Source: Acidobacteriota bacterium (GTDB taxonomy: Bacteria; Acidobacteriota; UBA890; WLXD01). Taken from it: a DNA stretch of 64,000 bases. Under the pieces are notes generated by a model that worked only from the letters and a program-made list of their open reading frames with translations, did not search any database and had not been told where the DNA came from. The position numbers were made by a program, and so were the translations under genes. The stretch is taken from assembly GCA_965205505.1 (NCBI GenBank), contig CBDBHB010000009.1:544001-608000 (forward strand). Direction: 5' to 3'. Shown piece after piece: positions 28,919-38,483 of the stretch (positions are counted from its first letter, which is position 1; each line of letters starts with the position of its first letter).

Positions 28919-30142
28919 ATGGTGCACTGTTCAACCCGGTGGCCTGGCTCGAGCTGCCCATCCCCGGATATCTCGGTGCAGAAATCCCGTCTTGGCCGCG
29001 CCGCGCTCATTCTCCTGATGGTGTGCTCGTCGTGCGCCCAGGAGGAGATCGTTCCCGAGCCGTACCGACCGAGTAGCGCCTGGGATGCGTACCGGCACGG
29101 CCTTTCCGAGGCGGGCCTGGCGTCGACGGCCCTGGCGCGCGAGTGGGTCGCGATCGCCGCGAGCGTCGCCAAAGACCCGGTTCGACTGCAGCTGCCGTAC
29201 CGCGAGCGAGGGGCATTCGATGCTCGTGCCGCGCATGCCTCCGGCTATCACTTCGCGGCGCTTCGTGGCCAGCGTATCGAGGTAGTGGTCGGTCTCGAGG
29301 CGGATAAGCCGGTTCGTGTCTTCCTCGATTTGTTTCGCATTGAGGAAGACGCCGAGCCGTTGCACGTGGCCAGCGCTCCGGCGACCGAAACTCGCCTGGC
29401 GTTCGAGCCACGGCGCGACGCCGACTACCTGGTCAGATTACAGCCTGAGCTACTGCGGGGCGGCGAGTTTGAGCTCGAGATGCGCCTGGTCGCTTCGCTC
29501 GAGTTCCCGGTACAGGAACACGACGTCACCGATATACAGAGCGCGTTCGGTGCACCGCGCGACGCCGGTCGCCGCAGCCATCACGGGGTCGACATCTTTG
29601 CCCCACGTGGCACTCCGGCGCTGGCGACCTCGCGTGCGTATGTGCGGCGAGTCAGCGAGCAGCGCCTTGGCGGCAACGTCGTATGGCTGCACGACCGCGA
29701 GCGAGACCTGAGCCTCTACTACGCCCATCTCGATTCGCAGGCGGTCGTGGAGGGCAGCTGGGTAGGGCCGGGCGACGTGGTCGGCTATGTCGGCAACAGT
29801 GGCAACGCGCGCACGACGCCACCACACCTGCACTTCGCCATCTACTCCCGCGGACCGATCGATCCGATGAACTTCCTGCGTCAGCCGGGCAGCGACCCCA
29901 CGGCGGTGAGCGCCGACGCCAGCAGGCTCGGCAGCTGGGGAGTCACCAACGCCGACGAGACATTGCTTCACGAGCGCCCCAGCCGCCGGTCCGACACCTT
30001 GCGCCGGCTCGACGCGGGCACGCCGCTACGCATTTGGGCTGCGACCGGAAGCTACTATCGAGTCGCCCTGGCTGATGGGACCCCGGGTTTCCTGCGTGAC
30101 GCGCTGATCGGCCAGAGCCCGCCTACGACCGCCACACAGTAA
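28919..30142 (+). CDS. M23 metallopeptidase with a C-terminal SH3-like domain, probable lipoprotein
   Basis: HHGVD, YYAHL, PHLHF motifs; start codon uncertain. Confidence 0.88.
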   Translation: MVHCSTRWPGSSCPSPDISVQKSRLGRAALILLMVCSSCAQEEIVPEPYRPSSAWDAYRHGLSEAGLASTALAREWVAIAASVAKDPVRLQLPYRERGAFDARAAHASGYHFAALRGQRIEVVVGLEADKPVRVFLDLFRIEEDAEPLHVASAPATETRLAFEPRRDADYLVRLQPELLRGGEFELEMRLVASLEFPVQEHDVTDIQSAFGAPRDAGRRSHHGVDIFAPRGTPALATSRAYVRRVSEQRLGGNVVWLHDRERDLSLYYAHLDSQAVVEGSWVGPGDVVGYVGNSGNARTTPPHLHFAIYSRGPIDPMNFLRQPGSDPTAVSADASRLGSWGVTNADETLLHERPSRRSDTLRRLDAGTPLRIWAATGSYYRVALADGTPGFLRDALIGQSPPTTATQ

Positions 30143-30145
30143 CGG

Positions 30146-32602
30146 CTAGCCGAGCTCGAATAGCCGACCGAGCAGTATCTGGAGTGGGAAGCGACCCAGC
30201 GCGCCCACCGCTGCCGCCGACTCGTCGAAGCGTTCCGCGCTGTCGGCCTCGAAGCCGGCACCCCACAGCAATACCGGCAGCGGATCGGCGGCATGTTGGC
30301 CGCTCTCGGACAACGTTGCATGGTCCGAGGCCACACCTACCCGCAGTGGCTTGTCGGCGTAGGCGTCGAGAAGTACGCCGAGCTCCCGGTCGAGTCTCTC
30401 GAGAAACTGCACCTTGAGGTCGGGTCGACGGTCATGGGCGGCGATGTCTGCACCCTTGACGTGCAGGATAGTCAGGTCGCCTTGCTCGAGGGCGCTCATC
30501 GCTGCCGCGATTTTTGCGGACAGGTCGGTATCGAGATTGGCGGTCATCTGCGGCTCGTAGACGGTCTCCGCACCCAGCCATCGCGCCAGGCCGATCACCG
30601 TCCGATCCCCGCTGATGCACGAGACGTGCAGCGGTATCCCAGCCTCTTCGAGGGACACCAGCCGGTGCAGTCGTCCGGCGCCGCGGCTCAGCAGCGCGTT
30701 TGCGGGGGGTTCTCCCCGTCGTCGCCGACTCTCGTTGATCGGGTGAATCTCCAGTACCGCACGTGCTTCGGCCTCGAACGCCGAGAGTAGGCGCGCGGTA
30801 TGAGCGGCGGCCTCGTTGGCGCTGTCAATGGGCTCCACGGTCAGCGGCGATCCGGTCGGTGCTCCGTCGCCGGGGTCGCTGCCGGTGATTGCGGGCGACA
30901 GGTTGGGTCCGTGGGCGACGATCGCCAACCGGTGCTCGGTCGCCGCCTTGACGCGCAGCTGCACGCCGCGGGTGACGCTCTCGGGCATTCGAATCGCGTC
31001 CAGGGCGTCAGCCAACGCCGCCGCGCCGTCGCGTATCCGCCCCGCTCGTCGATCGACCACGTTGCCGTCGTCGTCGACTGTCGACAGGTTGGCGCGTAAG
31101 GCGATGTCCCCGGGCAACATCTCCAGGCCGGCACCGAGTGCCTCGACGGGACCGCGCTTCAGTGCACGCGGCGATTGCCCGAACAGGGCCAGGGTTCCGG
31201 CCGCGGTGTCCGGTACCACGCCCGGCGCTACCGGATCCGCCAGGCCGAGCGTTCCCTCCCGGGCAAGCCGGTCGAGGTTCGGCGTGTTGGCCGCCTGCAG
31301 CGGCGTACGACCCCCGAGGGCACGCACGGCGCGGTCAGCAACGCCATCGATGATCAGCAGCAGCGTTGCGGTGTCGCTGTGCGCATCAACCCAGTCGGCA
31401 TGCGCCAAGGCCGGCACCTGTCGTTCGAGCTCGGCGGTTACCAATTGCACCGCGTGGACCTCGGGGTCGCCATCACGGGATGTGTCGAGAAATGGAATGT
31501 CGTGTGCCTCGGCCATTTGCATCAAGTGATCATTGATGGCGCGAATGTCGTCGAACGCGTCGAGGTACCGCTCGGCGCGGCGTGAACCCGCCGGCGCGCG
31601 GGTGAGGATACGAGTGCGGAGCGACTCCTCGTCGGGGGTCCCGAGCATGATGGCGACCTGGTACGCCTCGCCGGCGAGGTCCGCGAACGGCACGATGCCC
31701 GGCAACAGGTGTACGCCCTCCACGATGATGCTGACGTTCTCCTGGATGGTGCGCTCGATGACCGCGCGCGTGCCAACACAGACTCGTCTTGCCTGTTCCT
31801 GGTAGCTCTCGAGCAGCGTGTCGGGGTTGTCGGCGAAGGAGTGGTCAGCGGTCACGTTTGCCTCGTGGGTAAGCTCGAAGCTCGAGTGGTGCAGCGCCGG
31901 CAAGATCTCGGGCGTGAACACCATACGCATCACCTGTCGGATCGTGTCAGTGGAGGAGACGCGGTAGATGCGAAGAAGCCGGGCAAGCTGCAGCGCCAGG
32001 CTCGATTTGCCAGTGCCGCTGGCCCCGCCAATGTAGACGATCACCGGTCGAGGGAGCCGGTTGATGCGTCGGATCATTCGGTAGCGCAGCTTGGCCTTGA
32101 CGCCGGCATGTTGCTCGAGCAGCACATCGACCCGGCGGGCGACCTCGGTGCTCGGCAAGCTGGACACGGACTCCTTGCGCAGCTGGGATTCGACTTGGGC
32201 GGCGAGGCGATAGGCGCGCTCGGCCGTCACACCGCTTGCGTAGATCGTCTCGGCCAGGAGCCCCTTGGAAAAGGGATGGGTCTGCCCCTTGGTGATGACC
32301 TCCATGCGCGGCTCGGCCTCGTCCGGTTCCGCCAGTTCGGAAATCACCTCAGGCCCCAACCGCTCCGCCAACGCGGATGCGATCAACACGCGCAGCTTGT
32401 CCTTCCCGACCTCCTCCCGGTCCATGAGCGCGTCGCGGACATCACGCGCGGTCGCGTAGGCCTCATCGAACTCGACGCCCCGGCGCACCAGGTCGTGGGT
32501 CACCATGCCGCGCAGGAAACGTGTGCGCGCGCCGGATGCCGAGACCACATGCAGCGATCCGGTTTGTTTCGCTGGCGACTCTTTGTCGGGCGGCTTGGCC
32601 AT
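30146..32602 (-). CDS. fusion of two ATP-cone domains, a 2-phosphoglycerate kinase domain and an ApgM-type cofactor-independent phosphoglycerate mutase domain
   Basis: PFSKGLLA cone motif; GGASGTGKS, STDTIR and EGVH kinase motifs; IIDGVAD, TPL.AA.TPNLD.LA, HVKGAD.AAH and SDHAT mutase motifs. Confidence 0.85.
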   Translation of the reverse strand: MAKPPDKESPAKQTGSLHVVSASGARTRFLRGMVTHDLVRRGVEFDEAYATARDVRDALMDREEVGKDKLRVLIASALAERLGPEVISELAEPDEAEPRMEVITKGQTHPFSKGLLAETIYASGVTAERAYRLAAQVESQLRKESVSSLPSTEVARRVDVLLEQHAGVKAKLRYRMIRRINRLPRPVIVYIGGASGTGKSSLALQLARLLRIYRVSSTDTIRQVMRMVFTPEILPALHHSSFELTHEANVTADHSFADNPDTLLESYQEQARRVCVGTRAVIERTIQENVSIIVEGVHLLPGIVPFADLAGEAYQVAIMLGTPDEESLRTRILTRAPAGSRRAERYLDAFDDIRAINDHLMQMAEAHDIPFLDTSRDGDPEVHAVQLVTAELERQVPALAHADWVDAHSDTATLLLIIDGVADRAVRALGGRTPLQAANTPNLDRLAREGTLGLADPVAPGVVPDTAAGTLALFGQSPRALKRGPVEALGAGLEMLPGDIALRANLSTVDDDGNVVDRRAGRIRDGAAALADALDAIRMPESVTRGVQLRVKAATEHRLAIVAHGPNLSPAITGSDPGDGAPTGSPLTVEPIDSANEAAAHTARLLSAFEAEARAVLEIHPINESRRRRGEPPANALLSRGAGRLHRLVSLEEAGIPLHVSCISGDRTVIGLARWLGAETVYEPQMTANLDTDLSAKIAAAMSALEQGDLTILHVKGADIAAHDRRPDLKVQFLERLDRELGVLLDAYADKPLRVGVASDHATLSESGQHAADPLPVLLWGAGFEADSAERFDESAAAVGALGRFPLQILLGRLFELG

Positions 32603-32740
32603 GGGCGCGAGTGGCAGGGGCTCGAGGATCAACGGTGGCGACCCTGACAGAGTCGGTCTCTCTGTGGTCGCGAGTCGCGAACATGCGCTCATTGAGCCTA
32701 TGTTCGATCACTCCACTGAGCAAACACGAGAACGCGCCCC

Positions 32741-33109
32741 TCAGATCGTTGGCGAGGCTCCGCTGCGCCCGATCGACCGGAACGCCATCGCAGCTACAAT
32801 CAGACTCCCGAGGACCGCGGTGCCGGCAAGGCCTATGGCGTGTCCTAGATTCGTGTTGGCGGCGTCGATCCAGCTTTGGGTGTCGAGGTCCATTCCCGCC
32901 CCTCCGGTCCAGCCGAGGATCATGAAGGTGGTGAATATCAGGCCGAGGCAGGTGAAGAAGCCCGGCAGGAAACGAGCCCATGGGAACTCGATCGGCGGCG
33001 GCATTTCGGCTTCCTCGCGTACCCTCTCCATCACTCGAGCGGTAAACTCGTCGGTAGGGTGCACTACCGGTTCGTTCGTGAGGATGCGGTCCAAGTCGTC
33101 CATGTTCAT
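32741..33109 (-). CDS. putative membrane anti-sigma factor
   Basis: P..EFTARVM motif plus 2 TM helices; ATGA overlap with the sigma gene. Confidence 0.7.
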   Translation of the reverse strand: MNMDDLDRILTNEPVVHPTDEFTARVMERVREEAEMPPPIEFPWARFLPGFFTCLGLIFTTFMILGWTGGAGMDLDTQSWIDAANTNLGHAIGLAGTAVLGSLIVAAMAFRSIGRSGASPTI

Positions 33110-33645
33110 GCCTCCTCGGTTGCCAGCGATGGCCGGCACGTCATGCCAGCGAGCTTGTGTTGCAACAGCTTGCGGCCGCGAAACAGCCTCGCCTTCACCG
33201 TCCCCTCGCGCAGACGGGAAGTGCGTGCTGTCTCGGCCAGATCCATCTCATGAAAGTAGTAGAGGACGATCACGTCGCGATACTTCGGGGGCAATGTCGC
33301 TACGGCGCGCCGCACTGCGTCGGCGCGCAGGTCACTGTCCAACTCGATGTTGCGATCCCCAGCGATCAACGAGTCTAGCCCGTCGAGCGCCACGGCCGGC
33401 GGCAACCGCCGACGCATCGCGCTGCGGTACAGATTGAGGGCTACCGAGAACATCCAGGTCGAGAACCGTCCTTCTTGCCGCCATTGTGGCAGGCCCCCGA
33501 AGACCTGGAGAAACGCCTCCTGTGCCAACTCCTCTGCCTCTGCCTGATCCCGGCAGAAGCGGTACGCCATGTTGACGAGCGGCCCCTGCGAGCGCGTGAC
33601 GATACCCTCGAAAGCGTCGGTGTCGCCGGCTAGTACCCGTCGCAC
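33106..33645 (-). CDS. ECF RNA polymerase sigma factor
   Basis: AEELAQEAF, FSTWM, LPPKYR, GTVKARLFRGR; the true start may lie a little further upstream. Confidence 0.92.
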   Translation of the reverse strand: MRRVLAGDTDAFEGIVTRSQGPLVNMAYRFCRDQAEAEELAQEAFLQVFGGLPQWRQEGRFSTWMFSVALNLYRSAMRRRLPPAVALDGLDSLIAGDRNIELDSDLRADAVRRAVATLPPKYRDVIVLYYFHEMDLAETARTSRLREGTVKARLFRGRKLLQHKLAGMTCRPSLATEEA

Positions 33646-33762
33646 GGTGCTGGCGTCGTCGTCATCGTTCTGCGCTGCTCGCCACGTGTCTATCCCAGTG
33701 GACCGCCCTCGCGCTCGCCAGACCCACGGTGGTGACCTCTCCCCGCCGGATACCGGACCGGC

Positions 33763-34203
33763 CTACTCGTCACCAGGCCGGGGGAAGGCACCAACTGGCG
33801 GCGCCGGCAGCGCCAGCTTCGGTGCGAACAGCAGCGCGTACGTCAGCATCGCCAGTCCGATGAACAGCGGAATGCTGCCGACCATCCACACGTCTGCGTC
33901 GTCGATGAATCGCAGCCCGAAGATCAGCCCCACCCCGACGCCCGAGAGGATAAAGCCTGTCGCCACCATGCCCTGCCGGCGTCGATGTTGTTCGGCCTCG
34001 TACTCGTACCGCATCAGATCCTGAACCTGCTGGGCATTCATTTCGCCAGCGTCGACAAGCTTCTTGCGAAACTCGTAGCGATAGTACGCCTCGCGCTCCT
34101 TGCGGCGCTGCTCGGCCCAACCAACGACCGCCAGGAAGCTGAACAGGGAGATCGCCCCGACGATCGGGATCATGAAGATCAGAGCCTGCGGGAACCAATC
34201 CAT
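33763..34203 (-). CDS. small 3-TM membrane protein (DUF6249-like), first gene of the ECF operon
   Basis: TM, charged linker, then 2 TM helices; CAGGAG RBS. Confidence 0.7.
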   Translation of the reverse strand: MDWFPQALIFMIPIVGAISLFSFLAVVGWAEQRRKEREAYYRYEFRKKLVDAGEMNAQQVQDLMRYEYEAEQHRRRQGMVATGFILSGVGVGLIFGLRFIDDADVWMVGSIPLFIGLAMLTYALLFAPKLALPAPPVGAFPRPGDE

Positions 34204-34268
34204 CGTTCATTTCTCCTGTGCGGCGCCGCCAAATGGCGCGTCGGAAACTCTCGTCAATCTCATATTGT

Positions 34269-34297
34269 TTGACGACACTGCTGCTGCGACTGGTTGC
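34269..34297 (-). promoter_or_regulatory. putative autoregulated ECF promoter GCAACC-N17-CGTCAA
   Basis: AAC/CGT bipartite motif about 65 bp upstream of the ECF operon. Confidence 0.6.
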
Positions 34298-34396
34298 ATT
34301 ATCTGACTCGTCCGTTCACCCTCGCGTCGCGGCGCCAACGGTATGCAGGTGGCGGTGGCCCCACGCCCGACGGCGCACGGGCCAATCTCGAGGTGG

Positions 34397-35704
34397 ATGA
34401 TGAGCGCGGAGCCCAACGACGCTGAACGTGGCCTGGTTCGTGCGATGGGCCGCTGGGACCTCACCGCGATGGGCATCAACCAGGTCATCGGCAGCGGCAT
34501 CTTCGTGCTTCCGGCGTCGGTAGCGATGCTCGTGGGCGTGCCCTCGAGCCCGTGGCCGTTTGTGCTTGCCGGCGTTGCCAACACGCTGATCGTGCTGTGC
34601 TTCGCAGAGGTATCGACGCGATTTCGCAATGCCGGCGGACCCTACTTGTATGCGCGCGAGGCGTTCGGGTCGTTCGCCGGTTTCGAGGTTGCGTGGATGC
34701 TCTGGCTCACGCGGCTGGCCTCGCTGGCGGCGCTTGCCAACGCGCTGGCACTCTATCTGGCCTACTTTCTCCCTGGCGCCTCGAGCGGCGGCGGCCGGGT
34801 CGCGGTGGTCACGGTGACCATCGGCGGGCTGGCGCTGATCAATTTTCTCGGAGTGCGCTACGGCTCATGGGCCGTGAATCTCTTCACGGTGAGCAAGCTA
34901 GTACCGCTGGTGGGCTTCGTGCTCGTCGGCGCGTTCTTCGTCGATCCCAGCCGGTTCTCCGGTTTTTCGATGTCGATCACTCCGGGCACAGGCGAAGCTG
35001 TCTTGCTGCTTATGTTCGCCTTTGGAGGCTACGAGCTTTCGACGTTGCCGGCCGGCGAAGCGCGAGCACCGAGACGCGATGTGCCGTTCGCATTGCTCAC
35101 CACGATTGCGGTCGTTTGCGCCATCTTCCTGGCCGTGCAAGTGGTTACCGTGGGAACGCTGGCCGACGTCGCTTCATCGGAGACACCGCTGGCAGACGCT
35201 GCTGCCAATTTCCTGGGGCCAGCCGCCGGGGTGCTGCTGGCGATCGGCGGGGTGATCTCGATCGCCGGATCGAACGCCGGTACGATGTTGGCGGGGCCGC
35301 GGGTAATGTATGCGATGGCCGACCGCGGCCAGCTGCCGCGGTTCCTGGCCCATATTCACGCGCGGTATCGGACGCCCGATGCCTCCATATGGCTCTATGC
35401 CGGGGTTGCCTGGGCACTGGCCGTGTCTGGGTCGTTCGAGCAGATGGCCAAGGTCAGCGCCGTGGCGCGCCTGATCTATTACGTGGCCACCTGCGCCTCG
35501 GTACCGGTTCTGCGCCGCCAGGGCGGCGACGTCGGAGGTTTTCGTCTTCCGGGTGGTGCGCTGGTGCCGGTGCTGGCGGTGTTGACGTCGATCGCCATCA
35601 TCCTCGGGGCGGATCGCATCTCGCTCGCGGCGGGGGCTGTCGCGTTGGGCGTCGGCGCGCTGCTGTATGCGGCATACGGTCGCACCGGGGCGGCAGGCGA
35701 GTAG
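34397..35704 (+). CDS. APC-family amino acid permease
   Basis: IGSGIF, AGGPY.Y, FAFGGYE, PRRDVP; about 12 TM helices. Confidence 0.9.
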   Translation: MMSAEPNDAERGLVRAMGRWDLTAMGINQVIGSGIFVLPASVAMLVGVPSSPWPFVLAGVANTLIVLCFAEVSTRFRNAGGPYLYAREAFGSFAGFEVAWMLWLTRLASLAALANALALYLAYFLPGASSGGGRVAVVTVTIGGLALINFLGVRYGSWAVNLFTVSKLVPLVGFVLVGAFFVDPSRFSGFSMSITPGTGEAVLLLMFAFGGYELSTLPAGEARAPRRDVPFALLTTIAVVCAIFLAVQVVTVGTLADVASSETPLADAAANFLGPAAGVLLAIGGVISIAGSNAGTMLAGPRVMYAMADRGQLPRFLAHIHARYRTPDASIWLYAGVAWALAVSGSFEQMAKVSAVARLIYYVATCASVPVLRRQGGDVGGFRLPGGALVPVLAVLTSIAIILGADRISLAAGAVALGVGALLYAAYGRTGAAGE

Positions 35705-35729
35705 CGCGAGTACAAACCGCCTTCACCTG

Positions 35730-37391
35730 CTAGAGATCAAACCGTCGTTGGTGTCGTAGCACCGCGCCGGGTCGGCCCGGAAGGCGCGTTCCGTCGCGGA
35801 CGACCAGCGTCCCGTTGACCAGCACCGCATGAATACCTGCCGGTTTGTGGTCTGGCTCCATCCAGGTGCGGCGCTCGCCGATCTGTCCGGGCTCGAACAA
35901 CACGATGTCCGCGGCGTAGCCCGGCGCCAACCGACCACGATCGGCCAGTCGCAGGCGCTCAGCAGGCAGCGAAGTTGCCTTTCTGATGCCCTCCGACAGA
36001 TCGAACCAACCTTCATCACGCGAGTAGTGTCCGAGCATTCGAGGGATCGCGCCATAGCCACCGGGGTGCGCCACACCCTCGCCCTTGAGGATCACGTCCA
36101 CTCCCACGGCATGATGCGGGTGGACCAGAAGCTGACGCAGAACATCGTCGTCGTCGGGGGTGCCGCTGATTCCATGGTAGCGGGCCATCACATCGCCGCC
36201 GGAGGCGACGGTGATCTCGGCGGCGCATTCAAACGGCGTCGACCGCCGGCGTCGGGCGATGTCGCTCAAGCTGCGTCCGAGCCAGCCGCTATGGGAGTCG
36301 GACGAGGCCTGCAAGAGCACGATGTTGTCCCAGCCTGTGGCGCCCACGAGGTTGTGCGCCCAGCCGTCGTCCCAGGGCGGCCAACTAGGCACACGCGTGT
36401 TGATGTCGTCGGCGACCCGGCGGCGGTACGCACCGCTGCTCAGTCTCTCGCATAGCTTCGGAACACCTTCGGCCAGCGTCCAGGGAGGATAGATCGCCAT
36501 CAGCGTGGTGTTGACGGCGTGGTAGGGGATCACATCAGATGCCACGTCGATGCCGTTTCGTCGCGCCGCATCTTCGAGCCGTATGGTCTCGCGGGTCAGA
36601 TGCCAGTGGCCTGGTCCGAACGCTTCATGGTGAGAGTGCTGCAGTCGCACTCCGGTGCGTCGACCGATCTCTAGAAGCTCGCGCTCGGCATTGATTGCGA
36701 GTTCGCTGGAGCCGCGTACATGACAGGCGAACAGTCCGTCGACGGCGGCCACCGGCGCACACAACGCCACGATCTCGTCGGTGTCTGCCCACATGCCGGG
36801 TGGGTAGATGAGGCCGGCGCTGAGACCGAAGGCGCCCGCATCGAGAGCTTCCTGAACCAGGGCTGACATGGCCGCGAGCTCGTTGTCGCGGGCCACCCCC
36901 GGCTCGTTGCCCTTCACCGCACAGCGGATGGCGCCGTGGGCCGCCAGCGCGGCGATGTTCAGCGGTGGGCCAACCGTCTCGAGGCGATGTAAGTATTCGG
37001 CAAAGCTCTCCCAGGCGAGCTCGGTTCCGCGTGGAACGATGAGCGCCATGAACGCCGTTAGGGCGTCGCGGTGGGCCGCGGGTGCCGGCGCAACGCCGAG
37101 CCCGCAGTTGCCGATCACCTGAGTCGTAATTCCCTGCTGGAGGAACGGACCGAGTAGGTCCGGCGCTTCCGGGTGAGTCAGCGCTGCATCGGAATGACCG
37201 TGGATGTCGATAAAGCCTGGGCACACCGCCAGGCCATCGGCGTCGAGCGCCGCCGCCGCCGGCGCGCTACCTGGTGGGTGGAGCGCAGCGATGCGTCCTG
37301 ATTCGATGACTATGTCGCCACGGCGCGGCGGACCACCCGACCCGTCGTAGATGACCGCATTGCGGATCGCTCGAACGTCGGTCGACGTCAT
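35730..37391 (-). CDS. N-acyl-D-amino-acid deacylase (amidohydrolase)
   Basis: PGFIDIHGHSD, QGITT...GNCG, GLIYPPG, ADIVLF. Confidence 0.9.
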   Translation of the reverse strand: MTSTDVRAIRNAVIYDGSGGPPRRGDIVIESGRIAALHPPGSAPAAAALDADGLAVCPGFIDIHGHSDAALTHPEAPDLLGPFLQQGITTQVIGNCGLGVAPAPAAHRDALTAFMALIVPRGTELAWESFAEYLHRLETVGPPLNIAALAAHGAIRCAVKGNEPGVARDNELAAMSALVQEALDAGAFGLSAGLIYPPGMWADTDEIVALCAPVAAVDGLFACHVRGSSELAINAERELLEIGRRTGVRLQHSHHEAFGPGHWHLTRETIRLEDAARRNGIDVASDVIPYHAVNTTLMAIYPPWTLAEGVPKLCERLSSGAYRRRVADDINTRVPSWPPWDDGWAHNLVGATGWDNIVLLQASSDSHSGWLGRSLSDIARRRRSTPFECAAEITVASGGDVMARYHGISGTPDDDDVLRQLLVHPHHAVGVDVILKGEGVAHPGGYGAIPRMLGHYSRDEGWFDLSEGIRKATSLPAERLRLADRGRLAPGYAADIVLFEPGQIGERRTWMEPDHKPAGIHAVLVNGTLVVRDGTRLPGRPGAVLRHQRRFDL

Positions 37392-37477
37392 CGTCTACTC
37401 CAGGGTGCTTGCAGGCTCCGCATGGGCGCGCTTCTCCGACTCCGGGCACAGCTCACCTGCCCATGGTATAAGCGTAG

Positions 37478-37653
37478 ACAGTTCGACCTTGTGTCGGGAA
37501 GCGGGTGCGAATCCCGCGCTGCCGCGCAACTGTGATCGGGGACGAAAGCCGCCCGAGGAGCGGCCGCGTCGTGCGGTCGGCTCCGGAACGCCACTGGTAG
37601 CACCGGGAAGGTGGCGGTGAGTAGGACGATCCGAGAGCCAGGAAACCGAACCG
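37478..37653 (+). ncRNA. cobalamin riboswitch
   Basis: GGGAA.cgGGTG.gAATCC..CTGcC..AACTGTGA, GCCACTGG..CCGGGAAGG and the B12 box GAGCCAGGAAACC; lies upstream of btu genes. Confidence 0.93.
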
Positions 37654-37688
37654 GCCACCGGCCGGCCCTCGCGGGAAGGGATACCACG

Positions 37689-38483
37689 ATGGCGGAGGCA
37701 CGTCTGTCTAGACGGACCGCGGACCTTACCGCGAGTCGACCCGGTGTATCGCTGCGTGCCGACGGCCTCGTGTTCGGCTTCGATCGCCCCTTGCTGTGCG
37801 GCGTCGATCTCCGGGTCTCGGGCGGCGAGTGCGTCGCCCTGCTCGGCGCCAACGGTGCCGGAAAGACCACCTTGCTGCGACTTCTGGGAGGACTGATCGA
37901 GCCACAAGCCGGACAGGTCGAGGTCGACGGCATCGCGTCCCCGCTCCTGTCGCACGAGCAACGGGCCCAGCGCATCGGCTACTTGCCGCAGCGTATCCCG
38001 GTGGCGACCGGATTCGCTGTATACGAGATGGTGCTGATGGGGATGTACGCCCTGCTACCGGCGCGCGGCTGGGAGAGCCAGCGCGAGTGGTTGGCAGTAG
38101 GACGCGCGCTGCATCGGGTGGGGGCCCGACGCCTGATACGGCGTCCGTTCGACGAGCTTAGCGGCGGCGAGCAGCGCCGCGTGCTGCTTGCCCGTGCCTT
38201 GGTGGCACGACCGGCGCTGTTGCTGCTCGACGAGCCGCTCGCTGCCCTCGATCCGGGATTCGTCCTCGAGTTGACCGCGACGCTCGCCACCCTGAAGTCG
38301 TCGGGCGTGGGCATGGTGATCTCCACTCATCGGCTCTCGCTGGTGCGTCAGCTCGCCGACCGCGTGGTCGTGCTCCGTCGCGGCGAGGTTTTGGCGGCGG
38401 GGACCCCGAGTGCGACGCTGAGCCCCGTTCTGCTCGACGAAGCGTATGGTACCGACGCGTTTTCCCGTGCGGATGCCGGATGA
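37689..38483 (+). CDS. btuD: cobalamin ABC transporter ATPase
   Basis: GANGAGKTT, LSGGE, LLDEP; directly downstream of the riboswitch. Confidence 0.85.
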   Translation: MAEARLSRRTADLTASRPGVSLRADGLVFGFDRPLLCGVDLRVSGGECVALLGANGAGKTTLLRLLGGLIEPQAGQVEVDGIASPLLSHEQRAQRIGYLPQRIPVATGFAVYEMVLMGMYALLPARGWESQREWLAVGRALHRVGARRLIRRPFDELSGGEQRRVLLARALVARPALLLLDEPLAALDPGFVLELTATLATLKSSGVGMVISTHRLSLVRQLADRVVVLRRGEVLAAGTPSATLSPVLLDEAYGTDAFSRADAG

